From positions 372,001-436,000 of the forward strand of contig NW_027117338.1 in the NCBI RefSeq assembly GCF_038025025.1: a stretch of DNA of 64,000 nucleotides, in the 5' to 3' direction. This document shows, piece by piece, positions 13,417 through 27,376 of the stretch (its first letter is position 1; every line of letters starts with the position of its first letter). A program made the position numbers and the translations under genes. Under the pieces are notes generated by a model that saw nothing but the letters and a program-made list of their open reading frames with translations, was not told the origin of the DNA and made no database searches. Origin of the DNA: Phyllosticta citribraziliensis (Eukaryota).

Positions 13417-15176
13417 ACGACCCGATTGTCATTTTACTACGCTGCTGATTTGTCCGTGTGGCGACTGACTATCGCTGTGATTGGACTCGATTCACGAAGT
13501 CCTTGTCGGCCGACACAGTCGAATCACTCGGAGCACCATCATCATATTGTCCATGTGCCGGCTTTACACGTTAAATTTCAACATGGCTTTCTGGAGACGA
13601 TGTGACAAGGAAGAACGAACACCGGACGGCTGTGGACGACAACACGAATGGATGCGGCAACACGATGTCCAATCAAATCATCCGTGCGATATCGTCAACG
13701 ATCCTGTCAATTCGTCGTGGGCATTGCCTCCTCAAAAAGGCATGTTTGCAAAGCAACGAACACTACCTCATTCTCCGCGGCCTCTAGGGCCAGGAGACGA
13801 GTCGCCCGGACAGAGTGAAACCTGCCACTCTTGGTCCAAATTCTGCGCAGAATGCACTCGTCGTCCTTCTCTACAGGTGCAGCCACGCGGTATCTAGATG
13901 TCGTGGCAGACCCATGGACCGTCAAATGAAGCGCACGATCTTTACGCTCGCTTTTGGACTCCGGATCACTGCACTATAGCACTTCCTCCCGGCCCTGGAT
14001 ATCCGTCTCACGAGCAGTTGACAGACGTAATTCCTGCTGGCTCTACCAGGTAGATCAGTCAGTTACTGTCCTACCTACCTTCCCAAGCCGCCAGGCTCAA
14101 GGAACGGCAGTAACAACCGGTATCAGAACTGCGACGTCCGCCACCCACAGGCTTCGGTGTCAGGAGGACAAGAGGCAGGTCTGGATGTGGTGCGCGCACC
14201 GCTTCACTGGGAGGTGGGTGCAGATGGCGATGGTGATGGTGGCGTGGGAACTGCGGCGGTCTTTCGACCGAGGGCTTCAGGGACAGTTGGAGCCGTGGCC
14301 GGGCTTCTGTCTGTCTGTCTGTCTGTCTGCCTATTTATTGTGGATGGAAAGCTCTCTGCGGTGATGTATCAATAGACAAGCAAAGAGAATGAAGGAGGAA
14401 AAAAGGGGGGAAGAAAAGCGACCATTCTAGTTCATAGAATTCACCATCCAACCGCCATTCCTTTAGCCTTTTGCCTCATCTATCTCCCTCTCTCTCTCTC
14501 TCCATCTCCCTCCTTCCCTCTGCTTACCTCCCTGCTTCCGCTATAGTACTTGTCGTACAAAACAGTGCCTTCTAGCACTGCATCACAGTACACTACATCC
14601 AAACCCAGGGTGCACTCATACAGTACCGTCATTGCACCCAGGAAGCTGCCTGTCATTGTATAATACCTCCTATGGCTTCCAAGAGATGAGATATCTTGAT
14701 AATCTGGCGTTTGGATCAAGACCCGTTTTGGGTGGATGGATCTGCGTTGCATCATGTATGTATGCATGCTTACATGTATGTACGTATGATGCGTGGGGCC
14801 GCGGGCAACGAATGATGAAGAAATAGATAGATGGTGGGGCAGGGAGGGGAATGTGGTACAGACCCTCCACTTTCCCTGCAGAACAGATAGAAGAGCCAAG
14901 TCTGAAGATTCAGTCATTATTCCAGCTAGAACAATGGAGCAGTGATATTAGTGGGCGGGCAGCTGAGGCCGAGGTCAAAAGTATTGACTGCGTCAAATCA
15001 TCCATTTGTCCATATAGGATCCCATACCATTCGTTCCGATAGCTTTTTTTGTGATAGGAAAGAAGAAATCCGCACATTTCCTTTCCCCAGACCCAACTCA
15101 TAACAAGACAGAAAACTCCATCGCCCATGCAAATTGAGACTGAGACGTACACGCACACAGACACGCTCTCTTCACC

Positions 15177-16094
15177 TCACTCCTCACCCCTCCTCAAGAC
15201 CTCGCCCTCTAGCTCCTCATACGACAGATCAACGCCCAACTCCTTGCGCAGGAGGTCTGTGAGGTTGGAGCCGTCGCGCAGGTAGACCCACTCGCCGAGG
15301 CCGGCGCCCTCCTTCTGCGTCATGCCCTCGCCGACGACGAGCCAATCGTAGCGCTTGGGCCCCGTGACGGGCGACGACAGCCAGATTTGCTTGTTGGGCG
15401 GCTGCTTGTTGAGCACGTAGGTGCCTGCGCCGGGGATTTCGATCGTGAGGACGCCGGCCTGGCCGCAGAAGGACGTCTGGTCAGTTTGTTGGTTCAGTTG
15501 TGTTGGAGAGGGGGTTTTGGGGGGGAGGAAGTCGGGAAAACGTGGGTGATGGTGTTGGGAAGACGGGGGGGCAGAGATTGAGAGACTTTGTCTCGCACTG
15601 GTGAATGCGGAGCACTCGTGTCATGGCGAAGAGGGTATGGTGTGCGAGCTAAGTGGTTACAGGCAGGCAAGCAAGAAGAGCGGCAGCGGCAGCGGCAGCG
15701 GCAGCAGCAAGGCCAACCAACTCACCGAATATTCGACCTCGACGCCCTCGCCCGCATCCGACTTTTCCTCCAGCTTGGCCTGCAGCGCCTCGAGGTACTC
15801 GTCGGCCAGCTCGTGGTACTGCTCGGGCGTGAGCTCCGTCGGGACGCGCAGGTTGGCCGTCACATCGTTATCGGCGGGCTCGCTCTGCCTGGCTGGCGGC
15901 GTTTCGGCGTCGGGCAGTATGCTGCGGGCGATGGAGGAACTGCTAAAGGGTCGACTGGCTGGGGTGCCCGGGGTGATGGTGGTGATGGTCGTGGCAGGGA
16001 TCGGGATGCGAGCAGAGAGCGGGCGAGTGCGGAGGAGCTGGACAGAGGAGCGCTGGGCGCGAGCAGCGACGCGGGCGGCGGGTTTGGAAAGCAT
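15177..16094 (-). CDS. YFH1: Frataxin, mitochondrial, ~216 aa; exons 16094-15726, 15458-15177
   Basis: Arg/Ala/Ser-rich presequence, then [12 protein letters not shown] and EYS|AGVLTI...[27 protein letters not shown] (frataxin signature). Confidence 0.96.
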
Positions 16095-16336
16095 TGTTTG
16101 TCAATGAGGATGTGGTTGTAGTGGAGAGGAAATAGAGGCTGGAGCGAATGAAAGAGGGCTTGTAAGAAAGAAGACGGCGGCGTTGGTTGGTGAGCGCACA
16201 CTGCGGAGAGGACTGGAGCTAATGGCATGGCTCTAGCGCCAGTGACGGCATCACAGCTCCTCGTGCTATCGCTTCCTCCACCTGCATCGTCCTCCTCCGA
16301 ACCCGCTCTCCACGCCTGACGCCAACTGTGCCAGCC

Positions 16337-17045
16337 ATGATCAATGCCGTCCTGGTCTTCAACAACAATGGCCAGCCGCGCCTGACCAAGTTCTACACGC
16401 AGCTGGTAACTTCTCTCGCCCCTCCTTCGTTTGCCCCGCGCTCACCACTTCCAGGACACGGCCGTCCAGCAGCGCCTGATATCCGAAATCTTCACCCTAG
16501 TCTCCAACCGGCCCAACTCATCCTGCAACTTTCTGCCGTGCGTGTTTCCTCTCATATGCCGTCTGCCCACCTAACACGCGCACCGCCCACGTAGACTCCC
16601 GCCGCTGCTCGCACCCTCCTCGTCCTCCGCCGCAACCTCGACGCCCCAACACAATGACACGCCCTCGCTCGTCACGTACCGCCACTACGCGACGCTCTAC
16701 TTCATCATCATCAGCACGTCGACCGAGTCGCCGCTGGCGCTGCTCGACCTGATCCAAGTCTTCGTCGAGGCCCTCGACCGCCTGTTCGAAAACGTCTGCG
16801 AGCTCGACCTCATCTTCAACTACGAGACGCTACACGCCACCCTCAGCGAAATGATTGTCGGCGGCGTCGTCATCGAGACTGGCCTCGACCGCGTTGTTCA
16901 GGGCGTCCGCGCCCAGGGCCGCGTCGCGAAGAGGCCTGGCGATAACGTGGGCGGCGGCGGCGGCGCTGGCGGTGTCGGCGGCAACTTTGTCGGCGGTGTG
17001 GGCGGCGCTTTTGGCAGGGCGGAGGGCCTGTGGGCTGGGCGATGA
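16337..17045 (+). CDS. APS3: AP-3 adaptor complex sigma subunit, ~200 aa; exons 16337-16405, 16455-16537, 16595-17045
   Basis: MINAVLVFNNNGQPRLTKFY, YRHYATLYF, ESPLALLDLIQVFVEALDRLFENVCELDLIFN and EMIVGGVVIET. Two short introns (49 and 57 nt) close the frame. Confidence 0.93.
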
Positions 17046-18251
17046 GATGGTTGTGGAAAGCGTGCATCGGTGCCGTTGGAGTCGTTTGGGCTTGGCTTCG
17101 TTTTGGATCGCAACGCAAAAGGCGCGCATGGCCTGCTGGAATATGCATACGCCGTGACTCTGAGGCTGAGGAGAAGCTGAGGTGCTGCGAGGTTGACTGC
17201 CGCCCGCCAGTGTCACATTTGCTGCTCCAAATACCCATCGGCGCCCCTCAGAGTAGTCAGTCTGCGCTTGGATCCATCGAGTAGATACCATAGAAGCAAG
17301 AATATACCCCCTCCGCAAGTGACGAGCTCAACCACTACATCTACCCGTCAATCAGACTGCCCAACAGACAAAATACATCTTCTCCGCAATCCCGCAGTTC
17401 TAACAGCAGAGCATGCAAGAAAACATTCAACATCGCGCGAGCATCTCAATCCTTGTATTACCTACACTCTACTCTCGTCCATTATCGTATCAATTAAATT
17501 CAGTCAGCGTCATCCCAGACCCAACCAACCAACCCGCCCACCCCACGTAGCCAACATATCAATCAACGACCAGCGTGTATACGCCGCCGCCGTTCGTCTG
17601 CCCCTTGCGCCAGCAGAAGCACGCCGCTCTGTGGCACATACCGCTGATGGTGCCTGCGTGCTTCTGTCATGCTTGTATATGTATGTGTGTATGCCGATGC
17701 CGATGCTTGAAGTGTGCCTGCCATGCTTGCATGCGTGCATGCGTTGCCTCGTCTTTTCTTTTCGCTGCGCTGAACAGAAAGAGGAAGAGGAAGGGACAAG
17801 AAGAGAAAGCAGTGGGTGTCGAGACCAACGACGCTCTCGGACTCATCCGGCGGCGGTGTCGTTTCTTGACACCCACCATGCAAGTGGAAAAGTAAATGAA
17901 CCGCAAACACCGTCCCGTATGTGTGCGCCCCGCGCCGTCCGCCTTTTTCTGCGCCGGTTGTCTTGAAGATGCTAAAGGGTGGATGAGGAGGAGAGAAGAG
18001 AAGATCGACTGATATCGTCGGTAGGGAAGTGAGGTGAAGAGGTCGTGTCTCGGGCAGAAAAGCAGCCAGAGTTGCGAGGGTATTTTGATGAAGAAGAGAA
18101 AGTAAGAAGAAGCAAGGATGGAAACGAGCGAGGAAAAGGGGAGGGGAGATGGGGCAGGGCATGGCAGGGTAGACGCCCCTGTGCGTGTACCTTAGACCCC
18201 CTTTCTTTCTTTCTTTCTTTCCTCCAATTACTCCCCCGTCAGCCGCCCACA

Positions 18252-21200
18252 CTACAGAAACGTCTTGCGCTTGCTCAACTTGCTGTACGCCCTCGAAATC
18301 TTCGAGTTGCCGCCCGCATCCGGCCCCAGTCCACCGCCGCTGCTCGAGCCCGGGCCCATCGTCCCGCTCCTCGCGCTGTACATACTGGGGCTCTTTGACG
18401 CGTCCGGACTGAACGTCTGCGACGACAGAAGCCGTGGGCTCTGGCTCTGGTACCCCGTGTCTTCTTGCGCCCAGGACTGCGTGCTGCCGGTGCGGCTGAG
18501 CGGCGGCGGCGCCGGCGACGCAAACGAAAGGCCGACGGGCGATGACGATGGCGACGAGCGGTGTGCGTGCGACATTTCGGTCAGCTCGGCGGCGCTGTGG
18601 TTGGCGCCGCCGCCGCCCATGTAAGGGGAAGATGGGGAAGCCGGAGAGGCCGGGGCACGACTGGCGCCGCCGCCGCCGCCGCCGAAGCCGTGCGTCATGC
18701 TGTAGAAAAGAGATTGCAACTTCGATGGCTTCTTCGTCGGCGGCCGCGGGCAGTCGAGAGTCGGACTGGGAACGGTGCCGGCGCTGTCGAGGCGCTCGTG
18801 GGCGTCGTTGCGGCCCAGATGCAGCGGGAGAATACCGTGGCCGTGGTGGTGGAGGTTTTGGCCGCCGTCGATAAAGTCTTCGGGATGCCCGAGCGTCATT
18901 GATCGTCCCATTGTGCCGTTGTGGTTGTTGTAGAGTCCCTCGCGCGGCAGCACGAACAAATGGCCTCCGGTTTCGCCAATGCACCAATCGGTCGCCCATT
19001 GTGATCCGGCGGGACCCGCACCGCAGGCACCGCTCATTGCTCCTGCGGGAGGGCTGTTGATGGCAATCGAGAAAAGATTGGGTGGTTCGGAGAAATCGGT
19101 GACAAGGCCGCGGTGGAAGAGCAAGTACGCGAGGCAGAGGACGTTGAGGACGAACGTGCCGGCCAGTACGACGAAGAAGCCATTATTTGCCACAGCGGAC
19201 GGCCCTGAAGCGTAGAGGCGGTTGAGGATTGTGGCGTTGAACATTTGCTTCACCGGGTCCTTGAGATCGGCTGACTTGAAAACCTGCCATGCAAAATGCG
19301 GTCAGTACAACCTCTTGTAGAGTTGAATCTCAGGGGCTATCGGGAACAAATCAATAACTTACCCAGTCCATCTCTACGTTCGAGTCCTCCGTCGCCATCA
19401 AAAGAGTGCTGCCCGCGAGCACTGCCAGGACCTCCGCGATGCTCGGTAGAGTCGTGTCCAGCTCAGGTAGACGCAAGATCGTCTGCGTGATTATTCTCGC
19501 AATGGAAGCCTTGCCGTCAGTCACTCCAGCTCCTAAACTCAAACTATTGGCCCACTCAGAGGCAATCCATGGCCAGTCACGGCTCTCAGTTGTCCAGCCA
19601 GACGGCGCGTCTGCATGCTGCCTGATGTACGCCATGGGGTCGTTCTCCGGGTCGCAATTGACGGAGAGCGAAGAGCCATCGTGCATGGCAACGAATTTGG
19701 TGCTGCACATGGGGGTGATGGTCGCCTTGAGTTGGCACATGGAGTACCGTTCTTCAGCTGGGTCGCTGTCTCTTGCTAAAACGTATATCGACACACGACC
19801 GTAGGAAAAGGTCTGATTGAGAACCGTATTGTACTCAGCGGGATACCTGGGGAAGACGGGAGCGTGCTGTCCGTGCTTTTCGCCGATGCGGAACAAATCG
19901 TCGACAACGGTGCTGTTGAGCCAGGTGTCGTTGCCGTAGAATGAGACCTGAGCAGGCCAGGTCGAGGCATTCAACTCTCCCGCATTCGGAAACTGCGTGT
20001 AGACCATAGGTGCGAGCTCGGTGCGGTTCATGTTCGCACACAACACATGAACGGCTGGGTTGGGGGTCGAAGCAGTCAGGAAGTACGCTCCTAGGCCGCC
20101 CAGGTCCTCTGGTTGGAGAATTCCATTCTCCCTGTTCTTCGCTGCTTGGAGGACGGAGATGTGCGGCATGGCGAGAGTAACATTGTTGATGATGCGACCG
20201 TTCCACTCCTTGGCCTCAATGTCGATCCAGCTGCCATTTACCTGCACGGTCGAGTCCCAAAGACTGTAAGCTGGAACACGCGAGTCCTTGTCGGTGCCGA
20301 CAGAGCTATTGGCAGCTCTGACTGCCCATTCCGAGAGATATTGTTGGTAGTCGTGGTAGCCCTGTGAAGCGTACGAAACGTCCATGCAGGACGAGTTTCT
20401 GTAGACCGGGTCCTCGGAAAGTGGGACGGGGCTCTTGCACTGCTCCTGGAGGTGTGAAGGATTCGCCCATTTCGTAACGACATCAGCGAACATGTTGATG
20501 GGATGCTCGTGATTGAATCTGATCTGGGGCTGGACTGTCAAGGAGTCAGCAAACCAAGGAGCCAGCGGGCTCAGGGGATAAATCAATCTCACCCAAAGCA
20601 TCAGAGGCGGACGTATAAAGCATCGCGCAAACGGCAGCGATAGCACTGATGACACCAAGGATGCTAAAACCAGCGTAACGAACAGTCTCCCAGTTCACAA
20701 CCATGTTTCCAGGTTGGGTGACCCAGTTGCGCATGTTCATCTCAGCCAGGCTGACGCCCCTTTTTGTCGTCCTCACGCTCAAGCTTCGTCTACTGAGCAC
20801 TTGGCCAATGAACGATACTACTGCAGTCGCAAAGGATAATTCAATCGTTTTGGCGAAGACGGCGGTAAGAAGTGACGAATTCGAGGGGGTCAAAGCACCC
20901 TTGTCGTGAATTTGCGGCCAGTCCGGCTTGCGGATGGCTATCCCAAGGAAGATGCCCGAGAATACTGTCGAATAGATTGAAAGCAGGATGATGGATGCGG
21001 TAATCCATTTTGTTCGAAAGAAATGCTTTCGAGCTGGGCACGCTTGTGCTGGTAAAAATCCTGCAGATTGTCAACAATTGAAGGCCGTGGCGTGGCCTAC
21101 ATCGAACACGTGTGGCTGTAGTTGGACGTACCAGAAGCCTCGCTCCTCACAAAATAAGCCTCAGCCGACTTCCTTGGGTCGCCAGTCTTCAACCGTTCAC

Positions 21201-21882
21201 CATCACTGGTGAATTCGTTGAATCTTGGGCTGAGGGGACTTTTGCGCTCAGAGGTTCCCACATCGTACTCGGTCTTCGAATCCGTCGCAACACCGGCTCC
21301 CGGATACGCCGATTCCTCCGGGTGATGCATCCTGAAATCCACACCTAGTGGCGTATAGATGGAGGCAGGAGGAAAGGTGGCGCTGGTCGGCGTCGGCTCA
21401 GCACTCGAATCACTACCAGGCGGCGGGCGGTAGACGTCGCCAAAAGAGGACCGCGGAGGAGCATCACCGTAGATATTGGCATCTTGATGGCGGTTGGGCT
21501 GCTCCTGACGTCGCGGGGCATTCGTCATCAACGAGTTCAAGGTGGTCGTGGTTGACCCTGCCGGGACAGGATCATTACTGTGCTCTTGGTCCATATTTGT
21601 TATACGAGCTTCTTTTCGGTCCGACCGAGTCAACGCGCTCGGGAATCCCGGCAGAGCACCATCATCATCCGGGAGAATCTCAACAAAGCGCGAGCGTCTC
21701 GAAGCCTGTGTTGCTCCAGACTTGGCAGAGTTGATGGAGGACGAGCGCGCGACGCGGGCAAGCGGCGACGCTGTGGACGCGTGATGGGAGCTCGCACTCG
21801 CGTTTGCATCGGGGCCCGAATCCGAGAGCAAGGGACGACGGGCACTGGCGGAATCATCGACGTCGTGGTATCCCGATGACAT
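18252..21882 (-). CDS. Hypothetical fungal integral membrane glycoprotein, ~1140 aa; exons 21882-21132, 21060-20593, 20534-19363, 19283-18252
   Basis: Four exons join in frame (3423 nt) through canonical donors and acceptors. Disordered N-terminus, about 3 TM segments, a large Cys- and N-x-S/T-rich loop, a further TM (FFVVLAGTFVLNVLCLAYLL), the motif GLVTDFSEPPNLFSIAINSPP, and a low-complexity tail. Confidence 0.8.
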
Positions 21883-23105
21883 GGTGTTGGTGATCAGACT
21901 GCAGAGAGCTCGTAGGATGCGGGTCCTCCAGCCACAGGTAGACCGGTTCGAGGTGTGGGACTAGTCGGCGGGCCCGAGCAGTACGTGGCACAAGAGATAA
22001 GATGCTCCTTGATGGCGGTCAAAGAGGCGAGGCGGAGAGCGGAGTGACAGGTGAAGAGAGTCCGATTGAGAGAGGAAAGAGAGGAGAGAGACGGGTCGAG
22101 ACGCGGCGTTTGCGAAATAGTGACCAAATGATCAGCGTGCGACCTGCGTGCGCACTGGTATCACCGGGGGGCCGATGTTCCTGGGAGAAGATGTCCAGGT
22201 CGACGACAGATACATAGCATCAGCAGCTGTCATCTGTCAGCGCTCAGAATAACTCTCGAGTGAGGCCCCCCAGGTCGGCATAAGATTGGTACCGGCCATG
22301 TTGTGGTAGAGCACCGTAGGCCACGACGGGAGTAGAGCGACCAAACGAACACCAGAGTCAGGTTCTGGTTGCCCCAGATTGTTTTGTTTTCAGCTCGGGC
22401 GGCGCCCAGTCCCCCGCACTGTTGTCCGTCTAGAACGTGCTCCTCATCGACCCTCTTGGCGCAGCCACGAGAGATTCCCGACGGACGACTCCTGACTCTG
22501 CTGAATGAATTCGCCTCCTCACTTTCCCGGCTGTCGCCTGCCAACTATGTACTGTGTTCATCAGCCCTACCGTCAGTCCGCCACTTGTGGCCCCATTCTT
22601 TGTCCATCGTAATACAGCTGGCACGTTGTGCACACTCCAGCCCCTGAACAAAGTACCCCATTTTTTGTCTACTGATGGGCTATCTACAAGCCAGATCGAA
22701 GGGCCGCCCGACCGGCTGTCATTGCGTGCTCCGAACGGAAGCGGCCTGCACTCCGCTCCGCCCAAAAAGCCATCACCGCGCCAGCCATGATCGAATAGAA
22801 GCCCTTCAACCCCTGTGCTTCCCTCTCCCGAAAGTTCCTGTGCAAGCAATGACTGCTGATCCTGAGAAACGAGTTGGCAATGGAAAAGCAAAAAAGCAAA
22901 AAAAGAAGCGACCCAGTAAAAGAAAAAGACCACCGCTCCTAAAATCAATGCTCATCAAAGCAAAGCCCTATTATATCTCCCGGACTGCGGTCTACTGGTA
23001 GCCCTACGCATTCCCCACCAGCGCCGTGAAATGCATCTCGTCAAAAGGGAAAACTCCACCGCTGATCCCATACTCAATTTCCCGCGTCCTCAGCGACCAC
23101 GTTCC

Positions 23106-26100
23106 TTAGGCAAAGCCAAAGTACTCGCTGCCAGCCGTCATTGCCGTGTAGACTTGCTGCCTGAGCTGCTCGTAGCTTTCGTACTCGGGCAAGTCAAGCT
23201 GGTTGAAGCACGTGTGACTCGACGGCAGGCGGTCCTTGGAGCCAAAGTCTCGGTGAATGTTGAACTTGGAGAAGCCGTTCATGCCCTCCAGCTCCTTGAA
23301 ACCATTCAAAGGAACCTTGGATGTTCCCGTGACGAATTGCAAAAGCTTGGCCCGCTCCTCCTTGTCGAACGACCGCACAGCACGCCAGAACCATTGGATT
23401 TGTGGAGACGCCGGCGTGTAGTTGTGGTACTCCGTGTTGTTCTTCCAGTCATCAACGTCAATTTCTGGCAGGCCAGAGATCAGAAGCTCAAGCTCCTGCT
23501 CGTTGAAGATGGAGATGAGCTCGGGCGGTACAATGTCATGGAAGCCTGTACGCTATTAGCAGCCGACTCACACATCAAGTTTCAAATCAAGACTTACCTT
23601 TGAGGAATTCTCTGAGTTGCTCCTCCACAGAGCCAGTCAGCCTGTGCTCAACCATCAAGCGCACATACTCGTGCTTGTTCTCTTCTGTGACGGGAATGTT
23701 GCGGCCATTCTCGATCAAGTCAACCGTCCTCGTGATTCCGAACTCTTCAACATCGACCGAGAATGTCTCGGTGATGACGTCGGTGATGTCGTTTTCGAGC
23801 ATCCAGAGGAGTGACTTGTAATAATCGAGATCCAGAGTCTCCATGTCCTTGATGCTAACCGGCCGGCCAAGGATACGCTTGTAAACAGCACGGCTGAAGT
23901 GACAATCCAGAACGCGACTCTCGTACAGAGCCTTGCCAATGATCCGACCGATGAACTTGAAGAAGAGCAGGTGCTCTTGGTTGATTGAGCTGAGACGGTT
24001 GGGGTGGAATGTCGTCCGGTCAGAGGCTACTGGAATGAACAAGGCGTAGTCGGGATTGAACATCTGGCGAGACAAGACCTGGAACCATTCGCGGGTAACA
24101 CCACCAGCGTCGACGCCCTCTTCTCCGTGGAAGCGGATGCTGAGCTTGCCGTACTTCATCTCGTCGCCACTCTTGAAATAGAGGGATTTGAACGAGTCCA
24201 AGAAGACTTGGTCGCGACGAACCGATAGTTGAAGCGTTGGGTGTGGCTGCCGCAGCTCGGTGCTGCGCGAGTGCAACCGACGGCTGAAGTAGTTGCGCTT
24301 GTTGTCGAACTCGAGAACCTTGGAGTTCTTGACCAGCACAGAGAATGAACCGCTCATGAGCTTGGGGTTTTGGCGGACAAGCTCATTGAGAACCTTGCGA
24401 TGGTCCTCGGTGAAGTTGAAAAAGAGGTTCTCCATGCGACTTTCGGGCGGCGGAGTGGACATGACGAACTCCTTGCCGTAGTGCTTGCTGAGCGGGGCGT
24501 CCTTGAGCGTGGTGTTCTTGCAGACCACCATCAACACTTCAATCAGGGGCAAGAGAATCGTGGCCACACTGAGCATGTTGGTGCGCTCGCGAATCAAAGT
24601 GAGGCACTGGCTGAGCTTCATCCACAACGACGAGAAAGTCGGGTTTTCGTACAGAGTGGCGAGAATGTCAGCCTTTTGATCGGCAGGAAGTCCCTCGCCG
24701 TTGCTGTCGCGGGGCTTGTCAACCGTGTCGGCCTTCTTCGGGTCAAAGAGGTAATCCAGAGCAGTCAAGATGCGGAGAAGCTTGGTCTGATCCGAGCTTG
24801 CGGGCGAGAACTTTGCGAGAGCCATGCCTTGGACGTCGGTGCCAGACTTTGCGTTGGAAATCTGCGAGACGAGATCATCGAGGTCATTGAGAATTGACTG
24901 GGCCAAATCCGAGGCCATCTTGATCAACTCGTTTCCAAAAGTCTCTTTGGCGCCAGGAATGGCCGAAAGGTTGTTGATGACCGTGAGCGTGTTCTGATAA
25001 GACTTGTGGTTGCATTCGCGGGCGGCCAGGATGTGGACCACCAGACGGAGGTTCTCCTCGGGAACCTCTGGCGGCACCAGACCGCGGGCCTTCCTCTTGT
25101 CATCCGGCTGGTCATCCTTCTTGGTTTTCTTCTCAGAAGACTCTGCAGTGGCGGTTTCTTCGACGGCGTTGGTCGACTCTTGAGGTTGAGGCTCGTCGGT
25201 GGCTGCTCCAGAGGCCTGAGCCGCATCACCGGAGTTGCCATCTTGAGCCGTGGTGCTGGCTTCAGCTGGCGCTTGAGCTTTATCCTCCTTCTTTTCCTTG
25301 TCCTTCTTGAGGAGAACACCCAGAGGGCTAGTGATGTTCATCAACAAATTTGCCAACTGTTCCATCACCGGAGCGCTCTCCATGATCAAGCGACGATCGA
25401 GAAGACTGAGAAGAGCATTCAGCGGGTACTTGTGTGCCTTGGTCTCCTTGGCCTTGCCCTTTCTGAACGCCTTGGACTTGAAGCCGACAGCAGTCTCATG
25501 CTCGTACAAGAAGAAGGAGCAAATGTGGGGATTGTTGTAGACCAGGTAGACAAGGGTGCTGAGGCACTGTTGCACAACCATGATTGGTGACATGTCACCA
25601 TGGGTTGACAGTGAGCCGGAGACTTGGCCTGTCAACGAGCGCTTCAGCGGCTGGGGGGTCTTCTGGTTTGACGACTGCGTTGCGGGAGGTTGCTTGGCCC
25701 GAAGTGAAAGCTGAGCGAAACTCCTCTCGACGGCATTGATGTCGGCAGAACCATCCTGCAAGATAGAGAGGAGGATGCTGATGACTTCGGCACGATTGTG
25801 GCGGTTCTGACAGACGTCCTTCAGAATGCTATTCAGCGTCTGGCGCGCAGTACCTTGTTGAGGAATGAACATGAGGCGAAGCAACGTCGCGACTCCAGCC
25901 TTGTCTAGCATCTGGACGATAGGACGAGGTTTAGACTTCTTCTGTTGGTCCTCATCCTGTTGGCCGCCGCCGATATCTGTACGACGGATGGTTCGGTGGC
26001 CACCTCTGACATCGCCAATGTGGTTCAGTCGACGGTCACCGCCCAGTCTGCGAGCCTCCTCTGCGAGCTCCGGAGGAAGCTCTCGCAGCGTCTCATCATC

Positions 26101-27335
26101 TTGTTCAAGCAACACAGCTTGCCTCAGACCGGGGTCCATGGATGCGAAGAGAGTCTGCACGTCCATTTCCATGGCGGCGGGAGCGCCGCCCTGGCGCCGT
26201 CCTGCCTCGTTATTGGCTTGGCGACGTCGAGCTTGGTTCTCTTGCGTCAAGAGCTCCTCACGGATCTCTTCGGGCAACGCATCCAAGAATTCTTGATTGA
26301 TTTCGGATGGCTCACCTCCTTGCTCACGCTCTTGCTCGCGTTGGTTTTGGATCTGGGCCATGAGAACCTCTTCTCTGAGGTCATCAGGCAAGGCTTCGAG
26401 GTATTCGAGGTCAATGCCAAGCTCCGTTATGTCGACATCGCGTCCTCGGATGTTGGCAACGACACGAGGCCGGGCTGGTGGTTGCGATGTTTCAGCCGCA
26501 GTGCTCTCGGCTTCAGCGGTAGGCTGGGTTGTTTCAACGCCCTCCATAGCCTGTTCCTCTCCAAGGTCTTCAGTCTGCTGTTGCTGAGCACGACGTTCAG
26601 CCTCCTCCTCTGCAGCCCGAGCCTCAGCTGCTTCGCGCTCGGCCTTCTCCTTGGCCTCGCGCTCCTCTCGCTCTTTGCGCTCGCGTTCCTTTTTCTCTTC
26701 CAGCTCCTTCATCAAGCGTGCTTCTTCCTCGGCCTTGGCTTTCTTCTCCCTCTCCTCTCGCTCCTTGGCTGCCTGGATCGCGGGAGGAACAAGCTGCTGA
26801 AGGATTGAGTTGAGCACTCGGAGAGACTTCTCGAGCGCATGGCCACCGAATAGAAGCCTGCCCTCCTCTTGCCATCTGGCGCTCGTCACGGCTGGAATGA
26901 ATGATATGGCGAGCATTGGGTCGTCGACGTTGGAACGGGACGGTGCTTCCTGCGGTCGTCGCTCACGGCGAACGTCAAATGGATTTACGGGGAAGGAAGG
27001 GTCACCAGGGAACCCTTCGACGGTGACGGTGATGCCATCCTGGGTCATGGTTGCGTGACCGCCTTGGCCCATGAGGGTCAGAAGGTTGCTGATGAATGAG
27101 ACTGGAGCGGTGTCGTTGGGGTGGGGTGGAAGACGCATTGAACGAATGCCATCCATGGCGTGGACCCAGTCAGACATTCCACCGCGTCGTGGGCCTGTCG
27201 TGCTATGGGTATTTGCAGGGCGAGCCGACCGTTGAAGGAGCGGGTTGAGCCCATCGTCGGCCGTGCCGCGGCCAGTACTCGAGCGATGCGTTCGGTAGGC
27301 TGTCGCTGGTTAGCATGCCCCAGAATAGATTAAGT

Positions 27336-27376
<41 letters not shown>

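Noticed and set aside
17563..18999. 478-aa minus-strand ORF overlapping the membrane-protein gene end
   Set aside because: Alternative frame of a GC-rich exon running into low-complexity 3' UTR; Arg/Pro-rich with no domain.
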